Source: Camelus dromedarius
Lineage: Eukaryota
NCBI RefSeq assembly: GCF_036321535.1
Contig: NC_087472.1
Span: 95,544,001-95,608,000 of the forward strand
Direction of reading: 5' to 3'
Length of the DNA stretch: 64,000 nt
Notes under the pieces: model-generated
Told to the model about the DNA's origin: nothing
What the model saw: only the letters and a program-made list of their open reading frames with translations
Database searches by the model: none
Translations under genes and position numbers: made by a program
Shown: piece by piece, positions 1 through 11,794 of the stretch
How positions within the stretch are numbered: the first letter of the stretch is position 1
How the letters are laid out: every line of letters starts with the position of its first letter

Positions 1-231
1 GGTGGAGTAGGAAATTAAGCTCCACTTCCTGGAGGGGGGAGTATGTGCACATATTATAACCAACTTGTTTTAAGGCCAATGAAAGTAACATCCTTGAAAG
101 GCTGCAGGGAAAGATGACTGGATTAAGTATCTGGACTGCAAACTCATGACTAAACTTCCATGGGCCTCAGTGAAGTCAGGTCTAAAGCAGGTAACGGACG
201 TTTGTCTTGGTTATTATCAGACTCAAGTACT

Positions 232-360
232 ATGCTTCTTAATTCATATATCTTGAGATAAAAGCTACAGACCTTCTTCCCATAAAATATACGTTATATA
301 CACAAAATTCCATCCATTTTTAGGGATTCTCACTCCTGAATCTCCAACAAGAATCCCTGC
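232..360. mobile_element. Degraded hAT-Charlie MITE, MER117-like
   Basis: Resembles recalled MER117 consensus (aaagcta..gacc..ttccc..aaaat..cacaaaatt...aagaatccctg); highly diverged. Confidence 0.4.
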
Positions 361-1605
361 ACTAAACTAGTCATCCTTAAATGTAAAGTCCGATCATACT
401 AGAGATGACACTATTTCACTGTAAGTTTCCAGGGAAACAAAGCAAAACAGGGATTAATTCAAAACATAAGAAGCCTATTTTATCTCACTGAAGGCCTGAC
501 AATACAGAGAACCACAGAAAGATGTGGTCATCAGGGGTCTATGTCACATACTGACCCATCTCCTCCAATGTCTGATTTGCAAACCCATGTTGTGGGCAGG
601 CACTTGGGTGGAGCTGGGCAAGTAGCAAGCATATCTAGACTTAAAGACCCCAGTTTTCTTGGCTTCAGCATTTGAGGAAGTATAGTTGATGCTAAGGCAA
701 CCGTTGCAGCATTATTTTTTTAAGCACACATTATTTATAATTTTAAAACCCAACCATTAAAAAAAGACCTGTAGGCAGAGATTATTTTCCAAAAGATAAA
801 GAGATTCATTTTAAATTTTTACTTAGATGACTGTAGTGTTTAATAAAATTGTTCTTTTTCAAATTATTTAAAACAAATTAATGCTTATAATTCTTCAGGC
901 TCTGCCCACAGATGACATGCATATTAAGACTTTATCTGCTGAAGCGAATGAGTAAATTGCATTTAAATACCAACATTATAGGTCTGTTTGTTCTGAAATC
1001 TTCCTCGCAAAGATTCCTCCGCCCTCTTGCCTCCCTCTTCCAAGCCAAGAAGGTCACTCATTCTTACTGTGGTACAGAATTATCCTTTTGTTTTAGATGT
1101 TACTGTTAGTCATCGCATTAGTCATTTTCAACTTCCTTGAAGCAATATTGAAACCTTCTTTGCCAACTCCATTACCTGCTATGACTAGAGCTGAAATCAC
1201 CGTTCTCCGCTTCTGGGCCTGGCAAACTCTCAGCCCAGTGACTTACAGGATCTATGTGTGAAATGGGGCATGCCCAGAGGAAAGAAAATCGCAGATAGAA
1301 ACAAGTGACACAGTATATTATTGCATCTCTGCTGAGCATAATCCCTCATCAGGAAGAAATTTTCTTTCCTCTGCACAATTTTCTCAGTGGTTAAGCTACT
1401 TTTTGCAAAATTAAATAAGAGTTATAAAAAAAAAAAAAAACCTGAGAGTTTCATAGAGCAGCAAGAGACGGGTATTGTGGCTCATGGCAGCTTTTTTTTT
1501 TTTTTTAAGGGAAAAAAAACTCATCTCTGTACCTCTCCTTCTTCCTATGGCCCCCAAACAATATGATTGTTTCAGGGGATATAATTTTACATTTCAATTT
1601 CTTAC

Positions 1606-1800
1606 CAACACACAGTAGAAAAAATTGCAAAACTGGAGCTTGAAACCAGAAAGTCATGCAGAGCTTTGTGTGTGTTTTGGAGGGAAGGGGGGAGTGAGGA
1701 AAGAAAGGAAGCAGAAACCCATTGTGCTGCTCTGGTCTGCAGCCAAATCACCCCGCTTACTCCTGCTTCTGGTGCCTCAGGGAATTTGTTTTTCAAGCTT
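1606..1800 (-). other. Candidate alternative first exon of an unidentified minus-strand host gene
   Basis: Strong donor TTG|GTAAGA (exon ends 1606). ATG at 1657 gives MTFWFQAPVLQFFLLCV plus 1 nt (phase 1). Lies in a transposon-free block. 5' boundary unknown. Confidence 0.35.
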
Positions 1801-4800
1801 TTTATGGAAAAAAAAAAAAGAAAAATGTATTGGGAAATGGGGAAAAAAAATCTTTATTCAAAATGATATTATTTAGTCCTACTACTGCAATCTACGACAC
1901 ATGAAGATGAAGGCATGTAATTGACATTTTTAAAAAAAATCTGACATGAAAGAGATTTCATATGTAATTGCTGCATCCTCTAAAGAACAAACAACCTCAA
2001 TTCTTTGATGTTAAAATCTGGAGTTAGTTTTTCATTCTTTCCCAACCACAAGTAAGAGTTTCTTGTCCCCACTTTGCACATTTGGAGGTAAAAGAAATGA
2101 CCATTTCTGCTGGCATCTCAGGAATAAGTTTTACAGAGTCACATGCTTCATTAGCCCCTGACAGGACAGTGGAGAGCCATGGTGAAACACAGAGGGCTGG
2201 CAAAGAGCAGATGCATTAGAAAAGGTCATGCCTCCATCTGCTAATTCCCTGAAAGTTGGGGACCTTCTTTTGAGGAAAACTCCTCAGTCCTAGAAAGCTG
2301 AAAGGTTTAAAAAAGTCAGTTTGTCCTTCTGTATGTCAGACTTTTTTTTCCAGAAAAAAAAAGTATATTTAAAAAGTTACGGCTTTGCAATTAACTCTTT
2401 CCAAATAAATGTTATCAGAATATAATAAAATTATAAAGTTAATCATTTGGCCTGGTTATGGTCTTTCCAGTGGTGGCCTCTCTTGAAAGTTGACTGATTG
2501 ATTGCTCCATCGATTGATAAATTTCAAAACCAACATAGTAGATCATTTATGGTATAATATGTAATACTATATATGAAATATGTTATACAGACATCTATAT
2601 CTAATAATATACAATAAATAAATGTATAACATTCATATGTACATATATTATTATATTCCAAGTATCTAGCAATAGTTCAAAAATTTTCAGTTTTCTCAAA
2701 CTTATGAAAGTGAAGATTATTTATAAGGAGAGCAAAAATACATATATATTGTTAGGAATCTAGTTTATATTGCCATGACAATGATATTATATTAAGTAAT
2801 AGAAGCTTTGGGTCTAAGTAAATAAAAACAAGATACGAACAAAATATCCTTACTGACAAAACAATGGAAATACATTGGTTTCTTGTCAAACTAGTTTTTG
2901 TTCCTCTAGCAGATGCTCCATTTTTAAGCTGGCTGATCCCTTCCAGAGCCAAATGAGACTCTGAAATTTTATCAATAAGGATGCTACATGTCAAAACCCC
3001 CAACACCCAGTATGTGCCTTTAGCTTTTTGCACTAAAGCACTCGTTAAGTGGATCAAGTCCAACTAGACAAATACTTATATATTTCAAGTAGTCCCAATC
3101 CATGACAATTTTCCAGGAGTGTGGAAACTCACCACACCTCATGGCAGTGACAGAGAATGAGTTGTTAACGTAAGCACTAGGTCTAAATTCTTTCCTTGTA
3201 TGTTTTGCTTGAGCATGAATGATTACTTCTCTTACTGGGTTCCACTGAGGACTTGAGGCTCTATAAACTTAGGAAAAGCCAAAGTACAAAGTCTTGTCTG
3301 GTTTTCATTACTTCTATCAATAAATTTTCATAACCATAAATGTTTATTTATATTTAGAAAGAATGTTTAAAGTACTGGAATCCCTTTAAACCTACCATCT
3401 TCATTTCTTTTAGTAATGTGAGAGGGTAAATCTCTATCAGGCCCCTGATCTTTGCTTTCCTCAAAGAGCTGTGGTGTTTTTGTTGGGCTCCTCCTCTCTT
3501 TTAATCTGTTGAAGTTATCAGGAGCCTGGCTATTTACCTTGTGAAATTTTATATCGCTGGAGGTAGATACAAATCCAGCAACCACAGAAATCCCAGCTTT
3601 CAATTTCAGAACCAACCGAGGAGACAACAGCAGTAAAGGTAAGAATAAGGGAATTTTCTATCTTATTTCTGCAGCCAAGTTCAGAATATGAGATCAGGTT
3701 GCCTACTTTCCAGAAATTAGAACCAAGAGAGCCAACCAACTTCTTCAAAAGTACTATAAAAGGAGAGTGCATTCAGTCTCTGCCTCCCTTCAGAAGCATC
3801 TTAAAACCAAAGAAGGAGCCATAAGAAAATATAAAAGCTAAGATAGGTTCACCTGTTCTGGCAGATGGCTCCATTGTGAATGTCTGCACCTTTACTCTCA
3901 ACCATCTATCGCAAATAAAAGATCTAAAAAATCCAAACTCCACAACTTTCTTTAAAAGGCCACAAAGAACTACTGAAATAGTGACATTTTACTATGAATT
4001 ATTTTCTACTGATCAACTTAGCATCTTCTTAAAGATACCAGAATTTTAGTTGCCAGTCTCAAATGTCAGGTTCACTCACATGAATAGCAGCTAATTCTGG
4101 ACTTTGCTTGCTATGTTATTGAGAATTTGTCTCTATCCATTTTTTTCCCCAGTTCTTTTTTTCCCATTTTTGTCACACTCTCCACATCTAGTCCTATGTG
4201 TCTTCCCTCTTACATTAATGATAAGCAAAACATATACCTGTAATAACTTGGTTGTTCAAAATTCAGAAAGACTAGATTTTAGGCTTACAGAAATATCAAG
4301 CACGTAAAGTGTTCGATACAGGAAAATTAGAGTTTTGGCTTGGAAGTGCGATGGGACAGCGTACTCAAAAAAAACATAAGTTTGATCCCTGGACCGAATT
4401 GGTAAACAATAAAATAAATGAACATGAGATAAATATGCTAACGGTGTCCTCAAATACCTTGGTCTGCTAACTTGATGACGACTTCATCAGCCCTAAAGGC
4501 ATACGTGTGTGAGGTAACGTTTCAGTTTGGCAAATTTCACTCTCCATTTTTTTGGGTGTTATGGAGTGGGGGTTGGCATGAAACCTTTTTGACATGCCTG
4601 AAAGAGAAGGATTTAAGTCGAGTTCATTATCTCTTTAGTGCAGAAGTCTGGGAAACGAAGAGGCTAGACCAGGGAGACTCAATCCAGCTAGCGTTCCTTT
4701 TTGTTTTTCAAGCTGCCCTGACAATAATGCAGCAGGGTGAAAAGATCAGGAACACTTTATACACATTGTGCTAATTACTGCAAGTACTTAAAGTTGTAAT

Positions 4801-6289
4801 TAGCTTATTATACTGCAGAGATCCTAACATGGCATGTCTTTCAAAAGAATTTCTCTCCAGATCATTAGTGGGAAAGCTAACAACATCTGCTTCAAATAAA
4901 ATCAACCAATTAGCACAGGCAACTCCACATAGTTTGCAATCAGAGAATTATATTGTGCCAAGTGCTAATTTCAATGTGAATGCTATCTCCTTCTCATATC
5001 CCACGCTTCTCTGCCAGCACAGCTGGTGTTTAACACCACTGACTTCAGCGAAGTCTCCAAAAACTTATGTTAATTTGAAATAACCTAATCAGAAGTGTGC
5101 AATACAGACTGAGGTTGAGCTCAGCTTAATTAAAACTGACCTTGTCATTTCCCTGCCTGTAAAACACCATTATCTCACCATTTATCGTTCAACTACCACA
5201 AATATTCCATTTATGTGAAAACCCAGGAAGACAAATTCCAAACCACGAGAGCTATTTTCAGAAGTACTATGAGCGCTGGAGTTTAATGGAAGGAGAGGTC
5301 TGCCTGTAAGTACCGGGCAACAATAAAGGTAATTCAGCAGACTCAAAATAACTTGTCAGCCCTACCCACGAAGGCTGCTTCTGCCCACTTCCGTTGGCTC
5401 GAATGGCACATTCACTCCAGAGACTGACAGGCATTAGCAGATGTGAAGGCTTTCATTTTAAAATTAATATCTCACCCAGTACCTTTCAGCAAGCTGAATC
5501 GTTCAATCAATAAGCATGACATGGCAGGTGTGATGTGTACAAGGCACTAAATTCTTCTGCCAAAGGTACTAGAAAACATCTGCTCACATGCGTGTGTGTG
5601 CATGTCAATAGATACACTGCTGAGAAAAATGACTGCAAGTGGAATATGTAATATGCTTGTATTCACTGAGATAAAATTAAAAATGAAGTAAGATCATCTT
5701 TTTATGGTGCATACCTGCCATCAAATACACCTTGTTTAACCTGCCTTAAGTCTATAACCCTGTGTGTTTATATATACATGGTCAACTGTCTATCAAGTTA
5801 AGTACCATCATTCTGGTTTTCTGCACGTTAACATGGCTTAAAACATATCTCCAGGTTCTCCTTCTAGACTTTGGTTGTTGGTTTATTTTCATATCATCTT
5901 AGTCCATGAAGTATTGAAGGCAATGGTACAAGCACTGAAAAACGTATCCATTAAATAATTCAAATTACTGACACCAGGAATACTTTTTATTTGTCCGCAG
6001 ATCACACACTTAGCCACTACTCAACATACTTGCTGATGCTCTTCCTCCAGTCAAGCAAGCCTCCCTTTGCTCTGGTTCCACTCACCCAGCCAAACCTGGT
6101 CTCTGAGTACCATAGCCTACATTGGTTCGCCCCTGTAAGTAACACTTAACTTGCTAGGCCAATCTTTTTGATACCATCAGATACTGACTACCTTAAATTG
6201 TTTTAACGCATTCCTGTTTTATTCTGGCCAAGTCATGGTGGATCATCCAATTCTATTTATAAGGAGACCCTCTGGTCTTGTGGAAGAAA

Positions 6290-6480
6290 CAGAGGACATG
6301 GTGTCAAAATATTTGAATTCTTAACTTGGTTCTGTTAACTCTTTGACCTTGAATAAGTGTGACCTTGAGCCACACAGCGAATTGTCCAAGCCCAGGTCTT
6401 TCCAGCTGTAAATGAGATTGATAATACCTAGCTCAGAAACTGAATTTTGACAATTAGAAGATGTAATAGATGTGACTGAG
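6290..6480 (+). mobile_element. MIR SINE fragment
   Basis: Degenerate MIR core (tgtgaccttgagc...ctgtaaatgagattgataataccta). Confidence 0.5.
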
Positions 6481-7029
6481 TCTAAGAGTCCAACAGATGT
6501 TTATTGAATGAGGTAGATGGGAGGGAACCAAACATTTGGTGAAATATTGGTTGGAAAAATGTAAGGCCACCAGGAAAGAAACGTATGAAGTAAGGAAACA
6601 GGAAGTGACCATTTTATAATGTACATATGACTAACCTAGGTACAAGCAAGAGGAGTTATTTACATTCAAGACTGTTTATAAAAATTTAGAAAAATGGTAT
6701 TCTGGCACATAAGAACCAAAAAAACCCCATTTTTGATTTGAACTGATGTAGGTGAATGAAGGTATCTCCACATCACTCGGGAGATTAGGGCTCTGTGAAG
6801 ACATGTTGGCAGTGAATGCTTTGTAATGGTAAGTGCTAACTGTCCTGAGGGAGGATGAAGAGTTTGCGATTCCTTCTGAAGAAAAGTTGAAATTGCGTAT
6901 GCCACGAAAATTGTTTAGCCCATGTTATACCACTCACATGATCTCTCTTAGGATATTATAATTCAATAGTGACATACTTCAATTCCAGACTTGTGAATGT
7001 TGTATAACCGATTTTGTTCATTCATTCAT

Positions 7030-7215
7030 CAAAAACTTACTCTTTCCTACCTGTGTGATCTTACTTCACTTCCTAGTTTCACTCTGTTCCTCTGTAAAAT
7101 GGTAATCACAGTATCCATCATTCTGGTTGGTGGTATATTATATGAAGACAGCTCATGCCAAATGTTTAGTGCTTTGCCTGGTACTTAGTAAATACCCTGT
7201 AACTAAGAGCTACTC
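7030..7215 (+). mobile_element. MIR SINE
   Basis: ctgtgtgatcttacttcacttc...ttcctctgtaaaatggtaatcacagta...tttagtgctttgcctggtacttagtaaatac. Confidence 0.65.
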
Positions 7216-7299
7216 TTAATACTCTTACCTACTTCTACTCCTGCTGCTACAAAAAGGAATAATTTATACTTCCTAGGATGATCCTGAACACTGCTCCCT

Positions 7300-7560
7300 T
7301 TTCAGATATCAAATGTCACTTCCCAGACTGAATTATTCACCCTCTCTTTGGTTTCACACATCTTTGTCCCTATTTGTACTGTAGCATTTAGCACAGTGTA
7401 CAGTAATAATCTGTTTATAGCATGGTTTTCCTGTCAAATATTTGAGCTACTCAAGAGCAGGAATTTTTAACTTATTAATCTTTTTGTCCCTAATGTTGGT
7501 CAAGTGCCAAACATAGTAGGAATCCAATGAATATTTGCTGACTAAACAAATGAATGACTA
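7300..7560 (+). mobile_element. L2 LINE 3' end
   Basis: tcaaatgtcacttccc...tgagctactcaagagcagg...gtgccaaacatagtagg...aatatttgctgactaaacaaatgaatga tail. Confidence 0.6.
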
Positions 7561-8088
7561 AATATACTGACATGCTATATAAAGACATAAACAATCCAAG
7601 AATTATTCTGAAATACCAGAGTCCTCTGAAGTTGAGAATACCAATCTTAGAAATCTGTGAACTTTAAATATAACATACGGTGTTGGTTTTAAACTTTAGA
7701 AATTTCTGGAGTTTTTTCCTGGGCTTGGTTTCATCAGTGTCCTTTGTGGACCCAATGAATTCAGTCAGAAGGATTCCATTAAAGTTTTCCATATTTACTA
7801 CCATCAGGGCAATTAAATAAGGGACTTTGTTACTTGAGAACACCATCTCCCAAAAGCCCAAGTTCGGTGAGAGTAACTACTGTCGGGCAGGACAGCAGGT
7901 GGACAAAATGGAGAGTGTGTTGATGGGAGAGTTCCACCTCTGTTTTCACTGATAGTCCTGCATTATTTTTACTATTATTATTATTAATAAGTTATTTTGA
8001 AAACCCATTTGAAACAGATTCCAACTCATAAATTCATTTACATTCAAGCATTTTGACAAGGTACAAAACTTTCCAATGAAAATCTTCA

Positions 8089-8173
8089 TCCAGAAATTGA
8101 TACAACATTGTAAACTGAATACACTTCAATAAAAAAAATACAAAATAAAAATAAAGAGAATCCTAAAAAAAAA
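8089..8173 (+). mobile_element. Extremely 5'-truncated L1 3' terminus
   Basis: ccagaaattgatacaacattgtaaactgaatacacttcaataaa plus A-rich tail; TSD gaaaatcttca at 8078-8088 and 8174-8184. Confidence 0.8.
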
Positions 8174-9417
8174 GAAAATCTTCACCATTTCTCAGAGAAA
8201 CATTCAGACAGAAGTACAACTATAGTTAGAACCAAAGAACCAACAAAACAAAACAAAAACTATATCCACTGAAGCACCATTTACCCCAAATAGATATAAA
8301 CTAAAATAGCTTTAATAGTCAAAATTTTTAATTGGTGTTTATGTGACCCTGAGGTCACTGAATCAACAGATAAAATGTGTTCTATATTTTAGGACTAAAT
8401 GTATTTTATCATCTAATAATTTTACCATTGTTGGAATGTGTATGATTTAACCATATGGTGATTATTCTGGATTTTCTGGGACTATCTCAGCTTCACATTT
8501 TCTATTGCTGTATAAGTAAACATGCATTTTTTTTATATTTAAACACGTATTTCACATGGTCAGACCATATATCCCAATTTGGGATGCAAAAATTCTCATC
8601 TCCATATTTAATTGTAAGTCTTCGGTTAACTGGAATGTGTATTGACCCAGAAATTCCACTCTAAGTCACTGGGATTGTGCTTCCAAATATAAGTATCTGA
8701 TTTATGCTTTAAAAGAAGTCTTTGTGTATCACCTGTGTGTTTCTTCATATGTGGATTTATCAAACAAAGTGAGGGAATTCCCAAGATTAAGTGTGGGTCA
8801 AATTCGCTTCAGCACAAACTGGTAACCCCAGAAATTCCCCTGTTGTCCTTTTCTCTGTTTTATTAACTCTTTTCCCTTCTACTTCTCTCATTGCATGGTA
8901 AACCTTCTTACTGCCCATGTTATAACAACTTCCATTCCAAAAAGCCCAGACAATGGATGATGTTTACTTGCTGTTTGCAAACACCAGAATCCACAGCATT
9001 GCCAGCAGATGCCCTTGGTTCACTGTGAATGAGGAAGGGAATTATAGGAAATCAGTGTGCATTGTGTCCAGCTGAGATGGATGCTGGCAGAACAGACTCC
9101 AGGCAAAATTTCAGAGCACAGAAGTCTATCTTCTGGGCCTTTTCCACTATAGGGCATTGCTTTGAGGCTGACTATCTCCAATGTACCTCTTTTCAAGATA
9201 TGTCTATTTCTCGACTCTTCAAAACCACATTTGATTTTCTCAAGACCTGCTAGTTCATCTGATAAAATGGATTGACACTGATAGTTAATGTTATACTTCC
9301 CAGATAATCTTATATTTCAATAGGGAATGTCTAGAGATTCAACATCATAGCCTAAAGTAAAGGCTTCCTAAAACAAACCAAAAAAAAAAATATGCCTTGT
9401 ACCACATTATATTAGTA

Positions 9418-9449
9418 AAACAAACAAACAAACAAACAAACAAACAAAA
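9418..9449 (+). repeat. (AAAC)n microsatellite
   Basis: About 7-8 tandem units read directly. Confidence 0.9.
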
Positions 9450-9454
9450 CTATT

Positions 9455-9955
9455 TATCAAGAACTGGAAAAGATGTGAGATTTTTACCCTACTTGCAAGT
9501 TGACAAAGTAACCTGCCACAGTTTCATAGATGCTGGCAGAGGACAAGAGATTTCTGGATCAGAGACAAAAGACTTTACTACTTATATCACAGCCAGCAGC
9601 ATGAGTAGCATGTTTGTGTCAATTCTTCTTTCTCCACACATCCCATAGGGTGACACAGAGGAGGCCTGGTGGATGTTCACCTGCAGTGGATATGTATTAC
9701 AGCTGAGGAACTCCAAGCTTAGGGAACCTGAATCTTTTATAATGGGCAGTCAGCATGCCTGTCCTTTGCCCCATTGGGAGAAACTCTTTTTCTCATACTA
9801 GACAGTAAGTAAATCTGCCTTCTACTCCAGGGTGTTGTGATCTCTATCTGCCATACAAACTTCCTAGACAAAAAGAGTCCAGAACAAAGGCCAGTCATGC
9901 CTCTGCTCACAAGATGTGCAAAAATAACAGATCCATGGAGAATTGTCTCCCAACA
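9455..9955 (-). mobile_element. Solo ERVL LTR, LTR40-like
   Basis: Minus strand begins tgttgggagacaattctccatgg and ends ...ccagttcttgata; perfect 5-bp TSD ctatt (9450-9454, 9956-9960). Confidence 0.8.
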
Positions 9956-10004
9956 CTATTCAGAAAGAGATTTTCACCAGCTATCTCAATGATACCTTGT
10001 AGAC

Positions 10005-10156
10005 TGTTGGTTCTCACCTGAGAACTAATGAACATTCATATTCCTGGACCTCACCCCAGAGATTCTGATTCAGTAGGTCTGGGGTGGGGCCCAACGATAA
10101 GCTTTTCTGAAAGATCCCAAGTGAAGTTGATGCTGGTGGTTCCTGGACCACCCTTT
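10005..10156. mobile_element. MER5A (hAT-Charlie MITE)
   Basis: cctcaccccagagattctgattcagtaggtctggggtggggccc...gttgatgctggtggttcctggaccaccctt. Confidence 0.8.
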
Positions 10157-10483
10157 CTGTACTATTATAGATGACAACTTACTTCACTGATACGTAGAAA
10201 ATAATTAGAATTAGAATTAGAATTGGAGGAAAAGGTGGTAACAAAGCCCACAATTAGAAGCAAATAAAGAAAAGTAGAAGGCAATAGAGAGGAGAGGAGT
10301 AGGTCTGCTCACACTCAGGCTAAGCAATATTGGGATTTGGATTTCAAACCTATGTACATGGAAATGAATTCCTACCTTTGACTTTCATCTTGGAGGTAAC
10401 AGTTATTTTGCTTGCCTAAGCCCAGGATTAAGAACTGGGAGGTGTGATCCTACACAAGCCCAATCTGTTCTCATTTGTTTCCC

Positions 10484-10571
10484 TTTTTTAAAAAAATGGA
10501 GACATTGGAGATTGAACCAGGACCTTGTGCCTTCTAAGCATGCACTCTACCACTGAGCTACACCCTCCTCC
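10484..10571 (-). mobile_element. tRNA-derived SINE, camelid Vic-1 type
   Basis: Minus strand ggagggtgtagctcagtggtagagtgcatgcttagaaggcacaaggtcctggttcaatctcc with A/B boxes and AT tail; TSD ttgtttcc at 10475-10482 and 10572-10579. Confidence 0.8.
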
Positions 10572-11794
10572 TTGTTTCCTTCTTCTATTGTGCTTCATTT
10601 CACCCTGCCCTCAAGACAGAAAGTTTCCTGAGTAGGTGATGTTGGATTTTTCCTCCCAAGAAACACCTATTGACATGGTATGTCCAAGATGCACATGTTC
10701 ATATTGGCATCTGTCATACAGACGGTTCAATAATTAATAAACAATTTTTATGTAAAATAATTTTCTCTTCTGTTATTTTTTATGCTATTCTGATAAAAAA
10801 AGGCCAAATTATGGCTTCATTTTTATAAATACAGTTTTCATTAACCTCAGAGACAATTGCACATGAGTCTCTAAAGACACCAATAAGTATCTTGTTATTT
10901 ATTATTTTTAAGCATCAATGGTATATGTGTAGTATATATCTGATTCCCTCTGAGATCAAAATTAAAGTTGCCAATTGAAAACATAGATGCAGAGCTTGCA
11001 ATTGAAGGAATTACGATCCTTTTTCAGTGTTTATCCTCTCCAACTCCTCTACTCTATTTGATGTTGTTATTTATGCCCTCTTTGAGGCATCGTACTCCTT
11101 TAATTTCCATGACATCAAATTCTGGAGGTTTTTGTGCAAAATCATTTTATCATTTTAATAAAATGTATCCATGCTTATTTTTTCTAAAAAAGCAATACAG
11201 AAAAGTATTAGGAAGTAAAGAATTACCCCAAATCACATCAAATAGAAATAAACAGTGCTAATATTAGGTGAACAATATGTCAAACTTCTCTCTATACCTG
11301 TAGAAATGGGATGAAGAGATGGGTAGATATATACATAGTTTAGAGAAAGGGATAGGGCAACACACAGGAAAAGAGAGACTGATAGACACTGCCTTAAAAT
11401 GGGATTATATTCTAAATGTTGCTTTTAATCAGATCTATTAAAATTTATATGAATTTAAAAGAAAGAGAAGAAACTGAAGGGATGTCCAGTTTAAACTGAT
11501 AGGTTGAACATATGCACTTACCTCTAATATATCCTGAAACCTCACTGAAATGAGAGCAAATAGATAAAGAAGAAAAACACGCACATATACAAGGAAAAAA
11601 GAGAATGGGAAAAAGACAAGAGCACAAAATTTGGGGGAAGGGAAAGCCAACAGATGAGCAGAAACTGATATATCCGCATGCCAAGCCTGCAGTGAGAAAC
11701 GCTGATACACCACAGATCCCCAGATGCCTCAGGCAGTGACAGGAAAGGTGGCGGGGAGGGGAGGGCTTAAAACATGGCTTGAAAGTCTATTAAG

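Noticed and set aside
1606..1657. Naming the host gene from the short peptide or exon phase
   Set aside because: No recognisable match; any gene symbol would be a guess
3755..3762. + strand TATAAAAG promoter
   Set aside because: Single motif with poorly spaced initiator in AT-rich DNA; no other support
10484..10571. tRNA gene
   Set aside because: Degenerate stems, AT tail and TSD indicate a SINE
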